From positions 42,348,001-42,412,000 of the forward strand of contig NC_087245.1 of NCBI RefSeq assembly GCF_037042905.1: DNA of 64,000 nucleotides, in the 5' to 3' direction. This stretch comes from Lytechinus pictus (lineage: Eukaryota). A program made the position numbers and the translations under genes. The notes below the pieces were generated by a model, which was given only the letters and a program-made list of their open reading frames with translations, had not been told where the DNA came from and ran no database searches. Below, in pieces: positions 48,509 to 62,563 of the stretch; the stretch's first letter is position 1; the number at the start of each line of letters is the position of its first letter.

Positions 48509-50857
48509 GATTTTACGATCTGTTAATTTCAAGAAACCTTGTAAATAAGATCAATCCTTGCAAAGACGGGGTCTGAGATGGTAAATATAATTATGAAGAA
48601 CAAAAAATTAATCGCCACGAAAAAAATTGGGCCAGTTATATGATCTCCTGCAACAACGTACTGTTAATGTGCCCAACCAAAAATGAAACAACATAGAGAT
48701 TTCGAGATGATTGGGGATCACTGTCATTACCCCAGGCCCAGCCACACTTAAGTGTAAGCAACATACACATGTTATTGGGAAGAGGAAGTTACGGAACAGC
48801 GAGTGCAAATAACTGATCGGTTTGGGGTCTGATTCGCTGTGTGACATTTTCTTCGCATCGACGTGGGAAATGAATGAAGCACCACTTAAGTGAATTTATT
48901 TTTGTTTGTGATAGAGCCGTCATCATTAACAAAGAATGTGTGAAACTCTTAAAGCAAACATTGTTTGTGTACACAGATGAGAGTTCGTGTCTGTAATTTT
49001 TTAGTGTTAGGACCCGTGAATCAAAGGTGCATTGTGGAAAGTGAGTGAGAGGTCTGAGCTTGGATGTGATTTGATTTTTTTTGTTATTCTGATGATTGGT
49101 CACTAAACGTAAATTATTGGTTCTGACCAATAAATGCCTGTAATAAAACCAATTACACATGTCGTTTTACGGACACACTGCACATTCACACACATACACA
49201 CGCGCGTACACCCTCACTCCAACACACCCTGGTATGCACACGCAGCCAACAACAGGGAAATCTCACCCCAACCCATCCTCCTACCGAATATCACTCACTC
49301 GCGTGCACGCGCACACCCATATACCGGTTAGATAAATCACATTTAGACATTTGAATGACATTTTCATTAAATGCTACAAAACTGACGTCATTTCTTTGAC
49401 ATTAAATACGAACTTTCTTAACAATTGGTTCCATGAGTATTTCAATGCCGAGCCTTTAATTGCTGACTTTGCATATCATTTATCCCAGTTTTCAGGGTGC
49501 GATATATGGCGAATCGGGCAAATTTTTTATTACAAAAAAAACAATTAGATTTTTATATAATATTCAGAAAATAATATCACATTTCACCCTTCTCTCATTC
49601 CTTTTCTCTTTTTTTTTAATTGGTCGTGATTTTTTTTTTTTTTTTTTGGGGGGGGCAAGCGCCGCTGATTTATCCACCTCGCAAGAAAATAATAATTACA
49701 TACACGCTGGTCTTGGCTATGAGGACGACCATTACAGTATACGTTCATATCATTTAAGGGGAGGGGTAAAAGTTGATGGATGGGCATTTTTATGCAAAAC
49801 GTTACAGTTTCACCTATTTACCATGGTTACATGTCTTCTACAAGTACAAGTACAAAAAATGGTCAAGAAGTAAAATAGTTATGTTCCCTCGAAACAATGC
49901 TTGTATTTCCATAATTTCATTAAATAAACGTGTTTTCACCGGTTTCCCACAGAAGCTATCGCATGGTTAACAAAAGACTTAATGCATGGCTGATCGTCAA
50001 CAAAACGGAGTGTCATGTGAGTTGAACGCTAGCCTGTAGAAACTCTTAATTTTATGAAATTGTTGAAATTCAAGCCTTATTTCAAATAACCAGAACTTTG
50101 TTATTTCTTGACCATTTTCTGTGATTAAGGTATCAAATAAAAGAGCAGATATTGAACTTTTTAAAAATGTGGTTTTCTTTTTGAAACCCAGATACAGCCC
50201 GCCAAATGACTTTTTGGTATCCCCTCTTCAAATTGTTTTTGCTCACTCATCCGTGAATGAGAAATAATCTAAGTAAAAGATGAAAGAGGAGATTCTAAGC
50301 TTTACAATGGTAGGTCATTTGTCTATTGTATTTGTGATTAAGTTATGATAAATCATCGATTCATCTCGGTTTCGTTTTTTGTGGGACGCACTGTATAACC
50401 CATAGTACACATAGGGCGCGTAACACAAAGCTTAGCAATCATATCGGAGATACTTTTTTCTACGATTGCTTCCATTGACTACAATGCGAACCTTTGTGTT
50501 ACGGGAGCTTGGTCTAGAATGAAAAGTATTTTGTATCTGCTGCTGTATTGAAAACCATCGGTACTATGAATAAATCATACATTAAAATAAATCAAAAGTT
50601 CATTCGCTCTTAAAATCCTCTTGAACAAAGCCGTTACGTTACCTCGCAAATCTGACTGCATATAATTTTCGCATCGGCTATCCTTAGCCCCCCCCCCCCC
50701 CCGCCCACACAATACAATAAAAAAAATCCCTTTACCAAGGAGTTACCAGTGCTGGTAACTACATGGGTATACTTGACGGACGACGATGTCATTGACGATA
50801 AAATCATCTTTGCGATTTTAAGACTGTTTTCGAAATCCAAATTTGCTTTGCCCAATT

Positions 50858-51046
50858 GATCATGGGCCCGGCAGCCGCTGTGCAGCGCCAGATCGACGAG
50901 GCTCTATCCCTTTAATCGTTGAACGCCAAACAGGGTAGCAGCAACTCCCATCTTTTAACGTCTTTTGGTCTGACGCAGCCGGGGTTTGAATCCCCGACCT
51001 CCCGGTTGTGAGACGGACGCTCTACCAACTGAGCCAACACACCGGT
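50858..51046 (-). mobile_element. tRNA-derived SINE
   Basis: Minus strand: TGGCTCAGTTGGTAGAGCG (A box), GATTCAAACCC (B-box-like), then a non-tRNA body GTCAGACCAAAAGACGTTAAAAGATGGG. Confidence 0.8.
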
Positions 51047-51244
51047 TTGAAATGAAATGGAATATAGCGTTGTGCTAAAACAACAATAGGCCTATAGTTT
51101 TGGTATCAAGATCATTTTTTTCACAACGTCAGCATGAGCACGTCCTGTTCGTAACTACTTGTTCGTAAGACGTAAACTCTGTAGCACCCATCTCGTTGTC
51201 GACCGTCGTATGTAGAAGCATCCGCCGTCCAATTATCTTGTGCG

Positions 51245-51434
51245 ATGGCGTCGTTTGCCCGAAGCGCTTACGATTGGGTACTCCTGATTGCGGTCGGTGT
51301 CGTTGTTTATTTGGAGCTTGGCATTCTAAAATCGTTTGGTGTTTTCATCAATGATGTCTCATCGAGCCTCAATGTATCCACTGGATTGGTGGGTACAGCC
51401 GTAGGTCTGTCCCATGGAATCTCGATGTCTTTGG
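51245..51434 (+). CDS. SLC16-like exon 1
   Basis: GCGATGGCG start context, G|GTAAG donor, TM1-2. Confidence 0.85.
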
Positions 51435-54400
51435 GTAAGAAGCACAAACTGGCCTTCCCATTCTGTAACTTTAATCGGGAAATTCCCAAGTCTGAACAAT
51501 GAAGTATAATATGCCTAGTTCCCACTATCGCGATTTTCGCCACGATTGAAACGGGGGTCTTTAATCGTCGAGTAATCGTGGTGATCTCGTATCGAGAGTT
51601 TGGAAATTACGATATTGTAATTTACCTCAGGCTCTATGTATGATAAAGATTGTGATGTTTCAGCATTCCCTCTTATTTTTTCTGCGCCACTTCAAATTCA
51701 GAGTGTTACATTTCATTCAAATTAAGAAACGATTTTAATTGAATAACAGGCAAGAGTCGGAATTGGGTGGGGAGGGCTGTGACACCGACGTGAACTTTGA
51801 AAATCGCTCCGCGGCCACTGACAAGGGCGCGAAACCCTGCGATTTTGAGAATTTAAACCATTACTGCATCGAATCGAATCATGCGAGGAAGCGGAACAAC
51901 CAAACCTTGCTAGTTTTGATGCATTTTCTCTCAAATGTGTGTGTGTGGGGGGGGGGGGGGCAAAAATCATCAAATGTATCATTGTTAATTATAGTTAATC
52001 TCCCTTTCTCTATTTTTGCAACCCCTTCAAAATTGACGTGCCGTCTGGGGTACTCCACTGTTTGATAATCATGTTTTTTATATTAACCATTTGGTGCAGA
52101 ATCTTTTTTTTTTCATTTTGTATGATGTGAAGTTAATGGAAGATGTATGGCCAGTATTATAATCTTTCTACATGTATTACCATTATAATTATTAGGCTAT
52201 TGTAACATAAGTTAATTTATTTAGTATGTGGAACCTTTACGAGATGGTGTCAAACTCTCTTATAAACTTTCACCCTTGCGAAGAATGAGAGCAAGCAAGA
52301 TATAAATTGTTGGCTTTCCTTTCAGTCAGGTTTTGAGGGTGTTGTTACATTGTGTACAAACTGCAGTACTATACCAGCCTACTCGAAATCTTAACCTTAA
52401 AATACGAAAATGTAATGCAAAACCAATAAACTTGCAACGGGTTATCGTTGACACTAACGACTTTTGAAGTAGGCTTTTCATAACGCAATGTACAGTGCGT
52501 ATCAAAAAAAAAATTACGCTTAGAAAAAATCCTGTAAATTATAGATTTTTAATATCCTGAAGATTTTTCCACATTTTAACATTGGTACAGATCCATTTAA
52601 AGAGAAATTCCAGTAGTTGCAGTAAACACTGATTTCATGAGAAAGTCTGTAAAACCAGGCTTAATTGTCAGTATATCATCGAGGATCTAGATTTGGTACA
52701 GTTACATAAACTGAACTTTGTGAAATCTTGAAATCTACGCTGAAAAATGTTCAGACTGAACTTCCCCAACACAGATAAGCGCACGTGGGACAGTGTATAA
52801 TTATTGCTTTGAGCGTCGGGCCCGACGCTCTACCCGAATCCTGTGCTTATTTGCTGATTTCTCAGCAATTACACAATTTCTTCGAGAATCCTTTGGCACA
52901 CGCGTTTTATTTATACAAACAGACACTTTGGTGGTCATTTCATTGGATTCTGTCCGAACTCATTTTGATATCGTTACCAAAACTAGCATTTACCTTTAAG
53001 CAAATGACGATATAACTGTCGAAAAATATTTCCGCTTGAGTGAGCACCACTTACGTTTGAAAAGTTAGTGAAAAATGATTTGCGCAGAACTTTGAAATAG
53101 TTATGCGAATAAAAATAGATCTTAATCATGAAGAACACGTGGAATTTAACTAGTAAAATTGATTTGAAGATATATTTTACCTTTTTTAACTTGTTTCCTT
53201 TCCCAAAACACTTCGAAGAGTGCATTGCGCCCTACCCCACTATACCCCACACACCGAGGCCTTCGTGACGATATTTGCTTTACATTGAGCTGTAATATAC
53301 ATGAAATAGCTTAGGCTTGATTTTCATTTGGTTATCATTGTCAAGCTTGGAAAAAGTGTGGAGAAACAAGTATCAAATGGAAAATGAAATGTAAATCCAA
53401 TTTAAATAATAAAAACTTAGTGAAAAAATGCTGGAGATATCTGATATAAACTTTTGTTCAGATTCAGTTATGTCTTCAGATCCAGCTGCCACATAAAGGG
53501 TATAAAGGTTGTGCTTATTAAGTGTTGACATTTCAATTGACTAAAAGTGAAAAGCTGAAATTTTTTATATTCAGATCAGAAAAAGAACATTTTAAGGACT
53601 GATTCAAGGAATTCATGGAGAGCAGACATATCTCACCAATCCACTCATGCGAACGTAAGCATGGACAGGAAATGTTTTATATTAAGACCTTAAAATGGGG
53701 CAATCATTTTAGGTATAGTCATGATGCATACTAATGTACATTACACAATAAAAACTCGAAGTGCGAGGACATATGTTTGGTGTATATTGACTTGAAAACG
53801 GGAGGTTTTAGTACAACAGGATTATATATCTCGTTAAACAGACAATGCGAGCACCAGAAACATGCCCTGAGCAAATTATGTTTCATAAAATTATGAAAAA
53901 AATGTTTCTTATGTAATATAAGATAACATAATTATAATATAATATAACATTATAATGAACAATAATTTCTTCTTTCCCACTACGTTTCTCTTCCTTTCTC
54001 CCTCTTTCCCCCCGTTTTTTTTGTATTTTTTTGGGGGGGTCAGCCGATGGGGGGGGGGGGGGCACGTGCCCTCCCATGCCTCCCGTAGTTACGCCACTGT
54101 TTATACATCTTTAATCATAGGCCCAAAGTTATGAAATCAACTGCCAATCCTATTACGATAACCTTCATCAACAGAAGCAAACAAGCCAACTGAAAACCTA
54201 TTCCTCTCTCATTAATGATTCAGTAGATCAAATTATCTTTCACTTCTTTCATTATGATAGACATATTTCACAGTGAAATATTATGTCAGCACGCCTTACA
54301 TTGCAGGATGCAGAATAGCACATTGTTTAAGCCTGTCACTCTAATAAAACTATTTTTGTAATTGTTAATTTTTTTAACAACTTGTTTAAAAAGTTTAAAC

Positions 54401-57400
54401 AGTTGTTTAAACATTTTAAACAATAGTTGTTTTAAACAATTGTTGAGTGATGGGCTTAAACAACATGCTTAAAAGTTTAAACAGCGTTTTACAGTGTGTA
54501 CCAGGTGGCTAGAATAGCACAGCAATAAACACTCTATAAAGGTATTTGTTGCATTTCTATTTCAAAACATTAGCATGTTGTTATAACCTGATAACAATGT
54601 ACTTGGCCAACTGTGTGGACGCATTGTTGTTTTTTGTGGATCTAATGAAAAACTCAATTAAAAAAATGTATGAATTGAATTGAATTTATTAGAACGTCAC
54701 TGGCATTCGCCAATATTTTGTTCAAAACAAGAAGTAAAAAATAGTACAAAACAAATATACAATTCAAGGAATATAAGCAGATAAACAAAAACAAATTAGT
54801 ATTTCGTCAAAAAGAAAAACAACCTATGTCTACTTGAAAATAGTAAAATAGTAAATGCATGCATCATGACATAAATAATAGAAGGGAGTGATAAGCATGC
54901 AGGTGACATATATACACATAAACATACACACATATATATACACAATATACATATATATACATATATACACGCATATACAAATATACACAATCAACATAGG
55001 AATCATTCGGATAGATATTTTGACAATGATAATATAACGACTGGTGTCCAAGAAAAGATAAAGAAAACATAAAGAAAGTGAGGGAGGAAAGGGAAATAAA
55101 GAGGAAAGATGTTTGAGACTGGAGAGAGCGGGAAAGAGAGGAAGAATGAGAAGAATGGCATTACATGTAAACACAATGTGTCAAAATATTACGAATATAT
55201 TACTACAGAATGTTTGCAGGTTGATATCTTTAGTACTGATGTTTGTATCTTCAGAAATCACCCCTAATAGCAATTATGTTTTGGATAAAACAACAAAACA
55301 ATTCATTCAAAGCTTCGGTTTCCAATCTCATGATGTAGACAAATTTTTCCTGGCACTCCATTTCAATAAACCTAATTAGTACGGGATTATTTGGCCCTGC
55401 AAAAAAGCAGGGTTATCCCAGCAATAGCAGTGCTAAGAGCGATAGTACGGGGTTAAGATCGCTAGTGTAAAACGAAAGTGGGCTAAGCTTAACCCCGTAC
55501 TATAGGTGGGGCTAAATGGCAATTTAGCCCCACCTATAGTACGGGGTTAAGGAAATTTTAGCGTGTGTAAAAAGGGTACGAGTGAATGAGCTACCACTAG
55601 TCCGGGGTTAGCGAGTTTCGTGTGTGAAAAGCAAGCATTTCTTATCCGGGGTTAGCAATAACAATTTGGCATGTGTGAAAAGGAAAAAAAAATAGTACGG
55701 GGTTAAGGATAGTACGGGGTTAGCGATAGTCCGGGGCTAAGAAAATCCTGTGTAAAAAGGGTATAGCTGATGTTTGTATCTTCAGAAATCACCCCTAATA
55801 GCAATTATGTTTTGGATAAAACAACAAAACAATTCATTCAAAGCTTCGGTTTCCAATCTCATGATGTAGGCAAATTTTTCCTGGCACTCCATTTCAATAA
55901 ACCTAATATCGAAGGTATTTAGCTTTTCAAAAAAATCTTTACGCAAATCTTTAAATTTGTTACATTTCATTATAATGTGGAAGTATGGAACTCACCCCTG
56001 ACCAAATTCAAATTACAATCTTCACAAAATCTAAGGTTAGGTGGTATCTTCTCCGGCCTTTTTCCCCTTCCTGTTTCTATCGGTAGATTATGAGCGCTCA
56101 GTCGGAGCTTGGTTATATTTTTCTCAAATTGACATTGCGTATTGAACATAAATATTCGTCTTGCCTTATATTGAATTTGAATTGCCTAAAAGTTCTCAGT
56201 TTATTTCCTTTCTTAGTGTCCCTGCCATTAAATAAATCCAATTCACATTGTTCGTCAAATCTTCTTTCCAAGGATGTTTTGAATATTATAATAAATTCTT
56301 TTTGGGAAATTAATATATTTTCTTGGACCAAGTACGGGGTTGTCATTTTTCCGACAAATATCTAGTATGTTAAAAATATCCTGAATTGTCTGAGGCCAGC
56401 AATTGTTTCCGTTATTCAATATATTTACATTTTCTACAAAAGCTTTGTAAACCAAACTATATGAATAATCAAGTCATCAAAGTTGGTGCATATCTCATCG
56501 TGTCACTTTAGTACAAATGACCTTCTTCTGATCATGTGCAAAATGACCACGATCTGGCTTATACTGTAAAGTGTTCAGGAGAATTTCAATTTCTTTTCAA
56601 TTTCTATTTCTATTCGATTATTATATTGTTCATGATACTAGCAGTCAGTTATTATCATTCCTATCGTACATAAAAAAGGTTATGGGTCCCTATATGCTTG
56701 TATGTTCATGATCGTAACGTGAAAAAAGGCAAAAGAACCCAATCACGTGTTACCTGACTACATAAGGATGATAATGGAATATTACAGTTGAACTGATATG
56801 TGCCCACTATTGAAGTACAGCAATAATGCCCTGTATTCGGAAAATGCAAACTCCTCAACATTGTTGAGGAGTATAACTGATAGACGACAACAATAATGAA
56901 CAGAATCCAGCCTTTGTCTTCATACAGGGAGTTTAAAGTTCAGATATATGAATGAGACGTATGGACATGATAGATGTTCGATTAGGTTATACGCGGGGTT
57001 ATACGGATTCTACCATATCTTCTATATATTCATACACTATAGGCGATGGCTGGCATGGCTGCTGGGGAAGTTGGCCCCACGGTTCGGCGACCGAGGACAA
57101 AATAAAAGCACTTGACTATTATCCACTTGTCTCTGATTCTGCACACGTTTGGTACCCAATATTTGGTATCCAATAATTTTGTCACAAAAAAATTGCCCCC
57201 CAGAAAGTCTTTACTTGGGTATGCCCGACACCCTCTTGTACAAGTATTTTTAATGGCTCACGTGGAGGAGGAGGGGGGGGGGGGGGCAGGGGACGGATGG
57301 ATTCGCCATTAATCTAAGCATATGAGATCGCAGAGCGGTTTCCTTCTGACTCGTAATGTACTATATTATATATGTTGGAAGTCTACCAGAAACGAACCAA

Positions 57401-60400
57401 AAATAGGGAAGCTTTTAGCTATTGAAGAAAGCTGGATCCGCCCCTGTGAATATTTGCAGCATTGGGCAAAATTCACGAGTATTTGACCGACAGAAAAAAG
57501 TAAATTGCTTAGAATAACTTATTTTTTTAATTTTGACCATTACTTTTGGTCGGACGCAGACATATCCACCTACAGATTGGGTATTTTGACTTATCTTTTT
57601 TTTTTTTTTGGGGGGGGGGATGCACTTGCACTTCTCTGACTTGCATTTTTAGCTGTAAGCAATTTTTTTTGGTAGTCATAGTAGTAATGTAAGGTTTGAA
57701 TATAGATTATAGTTTCATAATGTATATAATAAATGTGTAACCTAGTTCTTAGGAGCGTATGCGAAAAAACACCTTTTAAAATATCAGAAATTCAAATTAT
57801 GTTCAATCATCATTTTCGATGTAGTATCTTGGGATAGGGAAAAGAAGACAGATGCGACAGCCATATGGACCCAAAGGGATTTGAAGATAAAAGAGATCAA
57901 CAGGAGATTGCAAACAGTATCTATCATTAAAATAGATTTTTATAGAAGAATAAATAAATATGAATGCATTACCCGTAGCCACCTTCTTCTTTTTGAGCTG
58001 CAGAAATGTCCATTGCATTTCAAACTCCCACATTGCTTTGTCTGTAGCCAATGTAGTGTGTTTTAGTTGTTTATGCTTCAAAGAAAAAACACATACTGCC
58101 GTAGTTGATTTATGTTTGGATTTATTCTGGTTATAGACCTGTGAGCGATATCACCTCTGACCTCCGGTTTTATGAAAAGTCAAGTCCATCAAACAGCTAG
58201 TTGATTTGAATAAGTAGACATTGGAATTTGATTATGTAGATATTCATCTAAATCACATAATGAATTTCGAGGGTTGTGACATCTTCAAACTTTCGCTTAA
58301 TTTCTCAGAACAGTGTTACACAGCAGCACAGGTGTTATGTAAATAACAGAGCCGATGACGTCACATACTCACTTTTCATTTGTTATTTCGAGATTTCATG
58401 ATACAAAAATACAAAAGAGCTGATGAAGAGATGATTGAATAATTATTGGATATTAACAAAAAAATACTTTATATGATATTCAACGGAAAACCCTCAGAGT
58501 ATTATTGTTGTTTTATTTCCTTTTTTAGCCATAATTTGCCCATGGTTAATGAAGCGTGTGTACATAAGGAAAGTTATCATTCCTGGAAGCGTCATCGGTT
58601 CCTTTGGAATTATTCTGGGATCTTTCTCTCGAACGGGAATCCAATTTCTACTCTGTCTCATTTTGTCAGGTAAGAGGGAAGCACCTCGTTGTGTTGTAAT
58701 CTAAATTAACCAATGTGATATAGGCCTACTTGTTTGTGTTTATGGAGGCAACTTGAGGCAGGCGCGGATCAAGAAAATGCTCCCATGGGTGGGAGGGAAG
58801 TTTTGGATAGTGAACAATGGAAATTACAGGAACTTGGCATTGCTCTATTTGATCACGAAAATAAACAATATTTTATGTATGTGTTTGTCAGTCTAGCTCT
58901 TCGTGGAATCCATAAATATCCTTTGAATACCTTGGCCATTATCGAATTCCCAGAATAAATCTTAACTTTGAAAACACCGAAAGCCGAAAATGCTCACATT
59001 ATCAATTTGTACAGTTATCGATTGATCATGGATCTTCTTAAATTTTGATCTCACCTGGCTTTGTACCGATACCATAAACTTTTAGGTATAGGCTATGGCT
59101 TGGTCATGTTCCCTACGCATGCCAGTCTCCTCGACTACTTCTCCCCAATTTACAAAATTGCGACTGCTGTGACTTTCACCGCTGGGGGCGTCGGGATGAT
59201 GACACTGCCAGTCCTGGCCGAAGAACTGAGAAGGATCTACTCATGGCGTGGTGCGATGCTTCTCTTGGGTGGAATCAGTCTTCACTGTATACCATGTTGC
59301 GCCCTCTTCCGACCAAAGACCTATCAATCAACGCCGTCAAATGCTGATGAAGTCGTGACTGATTTACCTGTGAGTTTGCTGAATACTATTTTGATCTTAT
59401 ATCATTTATGTTCAAATGAATTAGGAAATGGGGAAATATCGGAGCTATATAAGCCCACTTGCTACTATCATTTTTGACAAAAAACTGTCGAATCCGATCG
59501 GGCAAACAACCACTGAAATTTAGCCAAGATTAACTTGCAATCGCTACCCAACCGTTAATGGCATAAAAAGACATGCATGACCTTGGTGGTGCGAGAGTGG
59601 ATATCCACTATTTCTGATAATTTTAGTGGCGTGAATAGGGAAATCCCTTATTTCATATCTTTGTGGCCTAAATGGTGAAATCCATCCAATTCAATCCAAA
59701 AGTCATTCGATGAAGCACATTTTCCATTCGGTCAAAAAGCGCTGCTTACACACTACTCCAAATGTGGGCAACTGAAACAATAATTCAACTCATCAGCTTA
59801 GGCCATGCAAATCATTGTTATCTTACGAAAATGGATATAATGGCTTTCTTGAACTGCATGGTCAACGGAGGAGGCCGTCTTTACTGCAGTAGCTTGGTAT
59901 TTCGAATTGATACATTACTAAAGTGTCCGTATCAACTAAAACATGTGTGCAACACACAACTTATAAGAGACTCACTAAAACACTTGCGATTCAAATTAGT
60001 AACACAAAATGACATGATGAGTGAGGAATAAAACTATCGTTAGTGCTGTTTGCGAATGTTACTGAAAAAGCAATCTATTTACACCGAAATACCTCGATCA
60101 CGCCTATGTGCCTAAAACAGGACCCTTTAGAGTTTTTCTTTGGAGGACGACTCCTGCTCGGGTAGCAGGTCAGTATCAATTAGGCATTTCATGTCTAATT
60201 CATGGGAAACAAATCTTTCTTGTCACATTAATTCCTGAAAATCACTGTGTATGACCCGATATTGACGAATTAGGACGACTTCTGTTCCTTCTGTTATTAA
60301 GCACTACTTGTACATTGAGCGATTACATCCATATTTAAATATCAGAGTATCCACGATGGAGACGCTGACGAGAGTGAAGACGATGCCTCGAGTACTTCTC

Positions 60401-62563
60401 ATCTCCTCAACTCCCATGGCACCATGGACATGTCTTCGAGCAACGTGATAGAACAACACTCCTCATTCACCGAGCTATTCCAAAGGCACCCTCTTTACCT
60501 CACCACCGTTACCTCTGTCGTTATCACCGGCACAAGCTACTCAACTTGGGTCATCTTCGTCATCCCCAACGCCGAGGCAAAAGGTTTCCCATCCAGTGAT
60601 GCCGTCTTCTTCGCTACCATCGGGGGAGCAGCGAACATCATCGGGCGGTTTTTCCTTGGTTTCTTCTCCTCGAGGAAACTCCTGGAAGACCGGATGACCT
60701 TCTGTCTCCTGCACTTCGTCACTGCCGTGGTCTTCTTCCTCAACACGGTTGCCCACTCCTTTCCCGCGCTCGCTTTCCTTTCGTTTGCAAGTGGCTTCTT
60801 ATTCGGTGGTCTGATAGTAACCAATGCCTGCCTGCCGCAGTCTTCAGTTTCACCTGATCTGGCTGTTGTAGCACTGTCCCTTAATTATCTGATTGGTATT
60901 GGGGAGGTCGGAGGAGGGGCTATTGTCGGTAAGTGTTGCATTAGTCATTTTTATAATCATAGACGGATCGGGGAGGGGCACTTTATTGGCGGAAAATTGA
61001 AAATTGAAAAAAAATGAAAGGAAATAAAAAGATATAGGAGAGGAGAAAATATGAAAAAAAGATAATGAGAGGAAGAAAATTAAATGAAATAAGGGAAGGG
61101 GAATCATAACGGTCCTTTAGATATCCTCTTTTAAAGTCAGTGTGTAAAATATCCTCAGCTCGCGCTTTGCATTCGCACGAATTACTTTACTAAGAATCGC
61201 ATCATATCATGATAGTGCTTACTATGTTTCGTTCTTAATTTCTTATGTCTAAATCGCCTGAAAAAGTAAGCACGCGCTTCGCACTCGCATCATTTATTGA
61301 TATGTCCATCATGTAAATGATAACACAAACTGCTAAAAATATTCAATTCTCAGGTCTGAATAGGCCTACATGAAATATACAAAATTTTCAGCTCTGGATT
61401 CACGTTTACATTATTTCTTTAGGCCTTATGAGATATTTTATCTTGTTACTACATGTACTAAGAATAAACTTATGATGAATTTAGAACTTCAGTCTTTAGT
61501 AAAGGACTTCCCCTTAACAGCCCCCCTCTCCCTCCATTTACCAAAAAAGCTTTTAGCTATTGAAGAAAGCTGGATCTGACCCTGTGAATGTTATAATGTT
61601 TTATCTTTATTATGATTATTATCTTATTTTCTGATCATATTATCATCGATATTGTAATCATTGATGTTGATATTAAAATACTGGGTATTTATGTTTATTC
61701 AGGTGAATGTATTAATGTAATCATTGTTTGATCGTTTTCGACGATACTGATGTAAAGTTTTAATGAATTGTGGCATTCAATCAAAATGAATTATTGATTA
61801 ATTCAAGGTTTATGATAATAATAATAATATTTAGTAATAATCATAATAATAATGATAATAATAGTTCATATTGATAATAATAATAATAAGGATAATAATA
61901 ATAATAACACGAATAACCATAATAATTAAACATCGTCATCTTTATTTATTTCAACACCATATATTAAATAACCAAATGAACATTTACTTGGTACGAAAAA
62001 ATAAGGGACTAAATACTTTTCTATTTTTATATTGCACTGTTTGTCTGGTTTTCCTTCCCCTTTCATTTCAAGGCCTTTATCAATTTGAAGCTCTAAGCTT
62101 AAGATGGAGGTTTCCCACATTCCAAAATGTATTATGTTGATATATATATATATATATTTCTGCTATTTGTTTTAATGATTTAGACATTTATTAGGTACAG
62201 ATATACTTCAAGTAGATTGTTAGAATGTATGTATGCATATGTTACTCTTTATGTCATTTGTTTATGCTGAGAAAAAATTATTACATTTGTATATACTTTT
62301 GTTATTGGAATGTGGAAATAAATAAATCAAATCAAATCTATTTTTATATGAATATTAATGCCAAATATTTTCTTTGTTTTCATACGTATCTAGGTATACT
62401 CTACGACAAACTTCAGTCTTATAATTTCGCCTTCATCGTCGCTGGACTCATCGATATTGCAGCCATCATAATAATTCTCGTCCCAGCTGCTTGTCAAAAG
62501 TTATATTCAACTTTTTCTAGTGCGAATCAGTACACAGATGTAAATAGTGCAATTGATAAATGA
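51245..62563 (+). CDS. SLC16/monocarboxylate-transporter-family MFS protein, 455 aa, complete model
   Basis: Exons 51245-51434, 58529-58669, 59086-59369, 60346-60928 and 62394-62563 join in frame (1368 nt). MCT-like motifs KSFGVF, GIGYGL...DYF, YSWRGAMLLLGG, ALFRP, IIGR and GILYDKLQSYNFAF. Confidence 0.9.
52492..53540. mobile_element. Tc1-like fragment with a nested TTAA element (52601-52995)
   Basis: TA|CAGTGCGTATCAAAA left end; nested TTAA|AGAGAAATTCCAGT...ACTAGCATTTACCT|TTAA; right boundary approximate. Confidence 0.55.
53545..54099. mobile_element. hAT-like fragment, same family as 8136-8400
   Basis: Shared ACTTGAAAACGGGAGGTTTT...ACAGACAATGCGAGCACCAG block; end GTAGTTACGCCACTG. Confidence 0.6.
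54672..56460 (-). mobile_element. 5'-truncated non-LTR retrotransposon (ORF2 C-terminus, 3'UTR and tail), decayed
   Basis: Frameshifted ORF pieces KLRTFRQFK...EYL...LRLSAHNLPIETGR...RFCEDC...EFH...C; minus-strand tail AATAAA(TTCAA)n at 54690-54672. Confidence 0.85.
55377..55763. mobile_element. Harbinger-like fragment with TAGT(A/C)CGGGGTTA repeats inserted in the LINE
   Basis: About 9 copies of the motif, an internal palindrome near 55490-55550, end GTGTAAAAAGGGTA. Confidence 0.6.
58529..58669 (+). CDS. SLC16-like exon 2 (AIICPWLMKRVYIRKVIIPGSVIG...LCLILS)
   Basis: Long T-tract plus TAG, G|GTAAG donor, phase 1-1; not the frame shown in the ORF track. Confidence 0.85.
59086..59369 (+). CDS. 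SLC16-like exon 3 (TM4-6)
   Basis: TAG/GTGAGT boundaries, phase 1 to 0. Confidence 0.9.
60346..60928 (+). CDS. SLC16-like exon 4 (central loop, TM7-11)
   Basis: CAG/GTAAGT boundaries, in frame with ORF 60424-61017. Confidence 0.88.
62394..62563 (+). CDS. SLC16-like exon 5 (TM12, stop)
   Basis: TAG acceptor, GILYDKLQSYNFAF..., TGA stop at 62561-62563. Confidence 0.9.

Noticed and set aside
50968..51046. tRNA-Val(CAC)-like gene on the minus strand
   Set aside because: The acceptor stem pairs poorly and the sequence continues into a SINE body, so it is a SINE head.
50380..52505. Matching Tc1-like termini on both sides of SLC16 exon 1, suggesting exon capture
   Set aside because: The ends face outward (a right end at about 50393 and a left end at 52492), so they belong to two separate elements and do not enclose the exon.
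56952..57176. 74-aa plus-strand ORF in SLC16 intron 1 as an extra exon
   Set aside because: Exon 1 joins exon 2 in phase with a continuous MCT topology, and this peptide has no transporter features.
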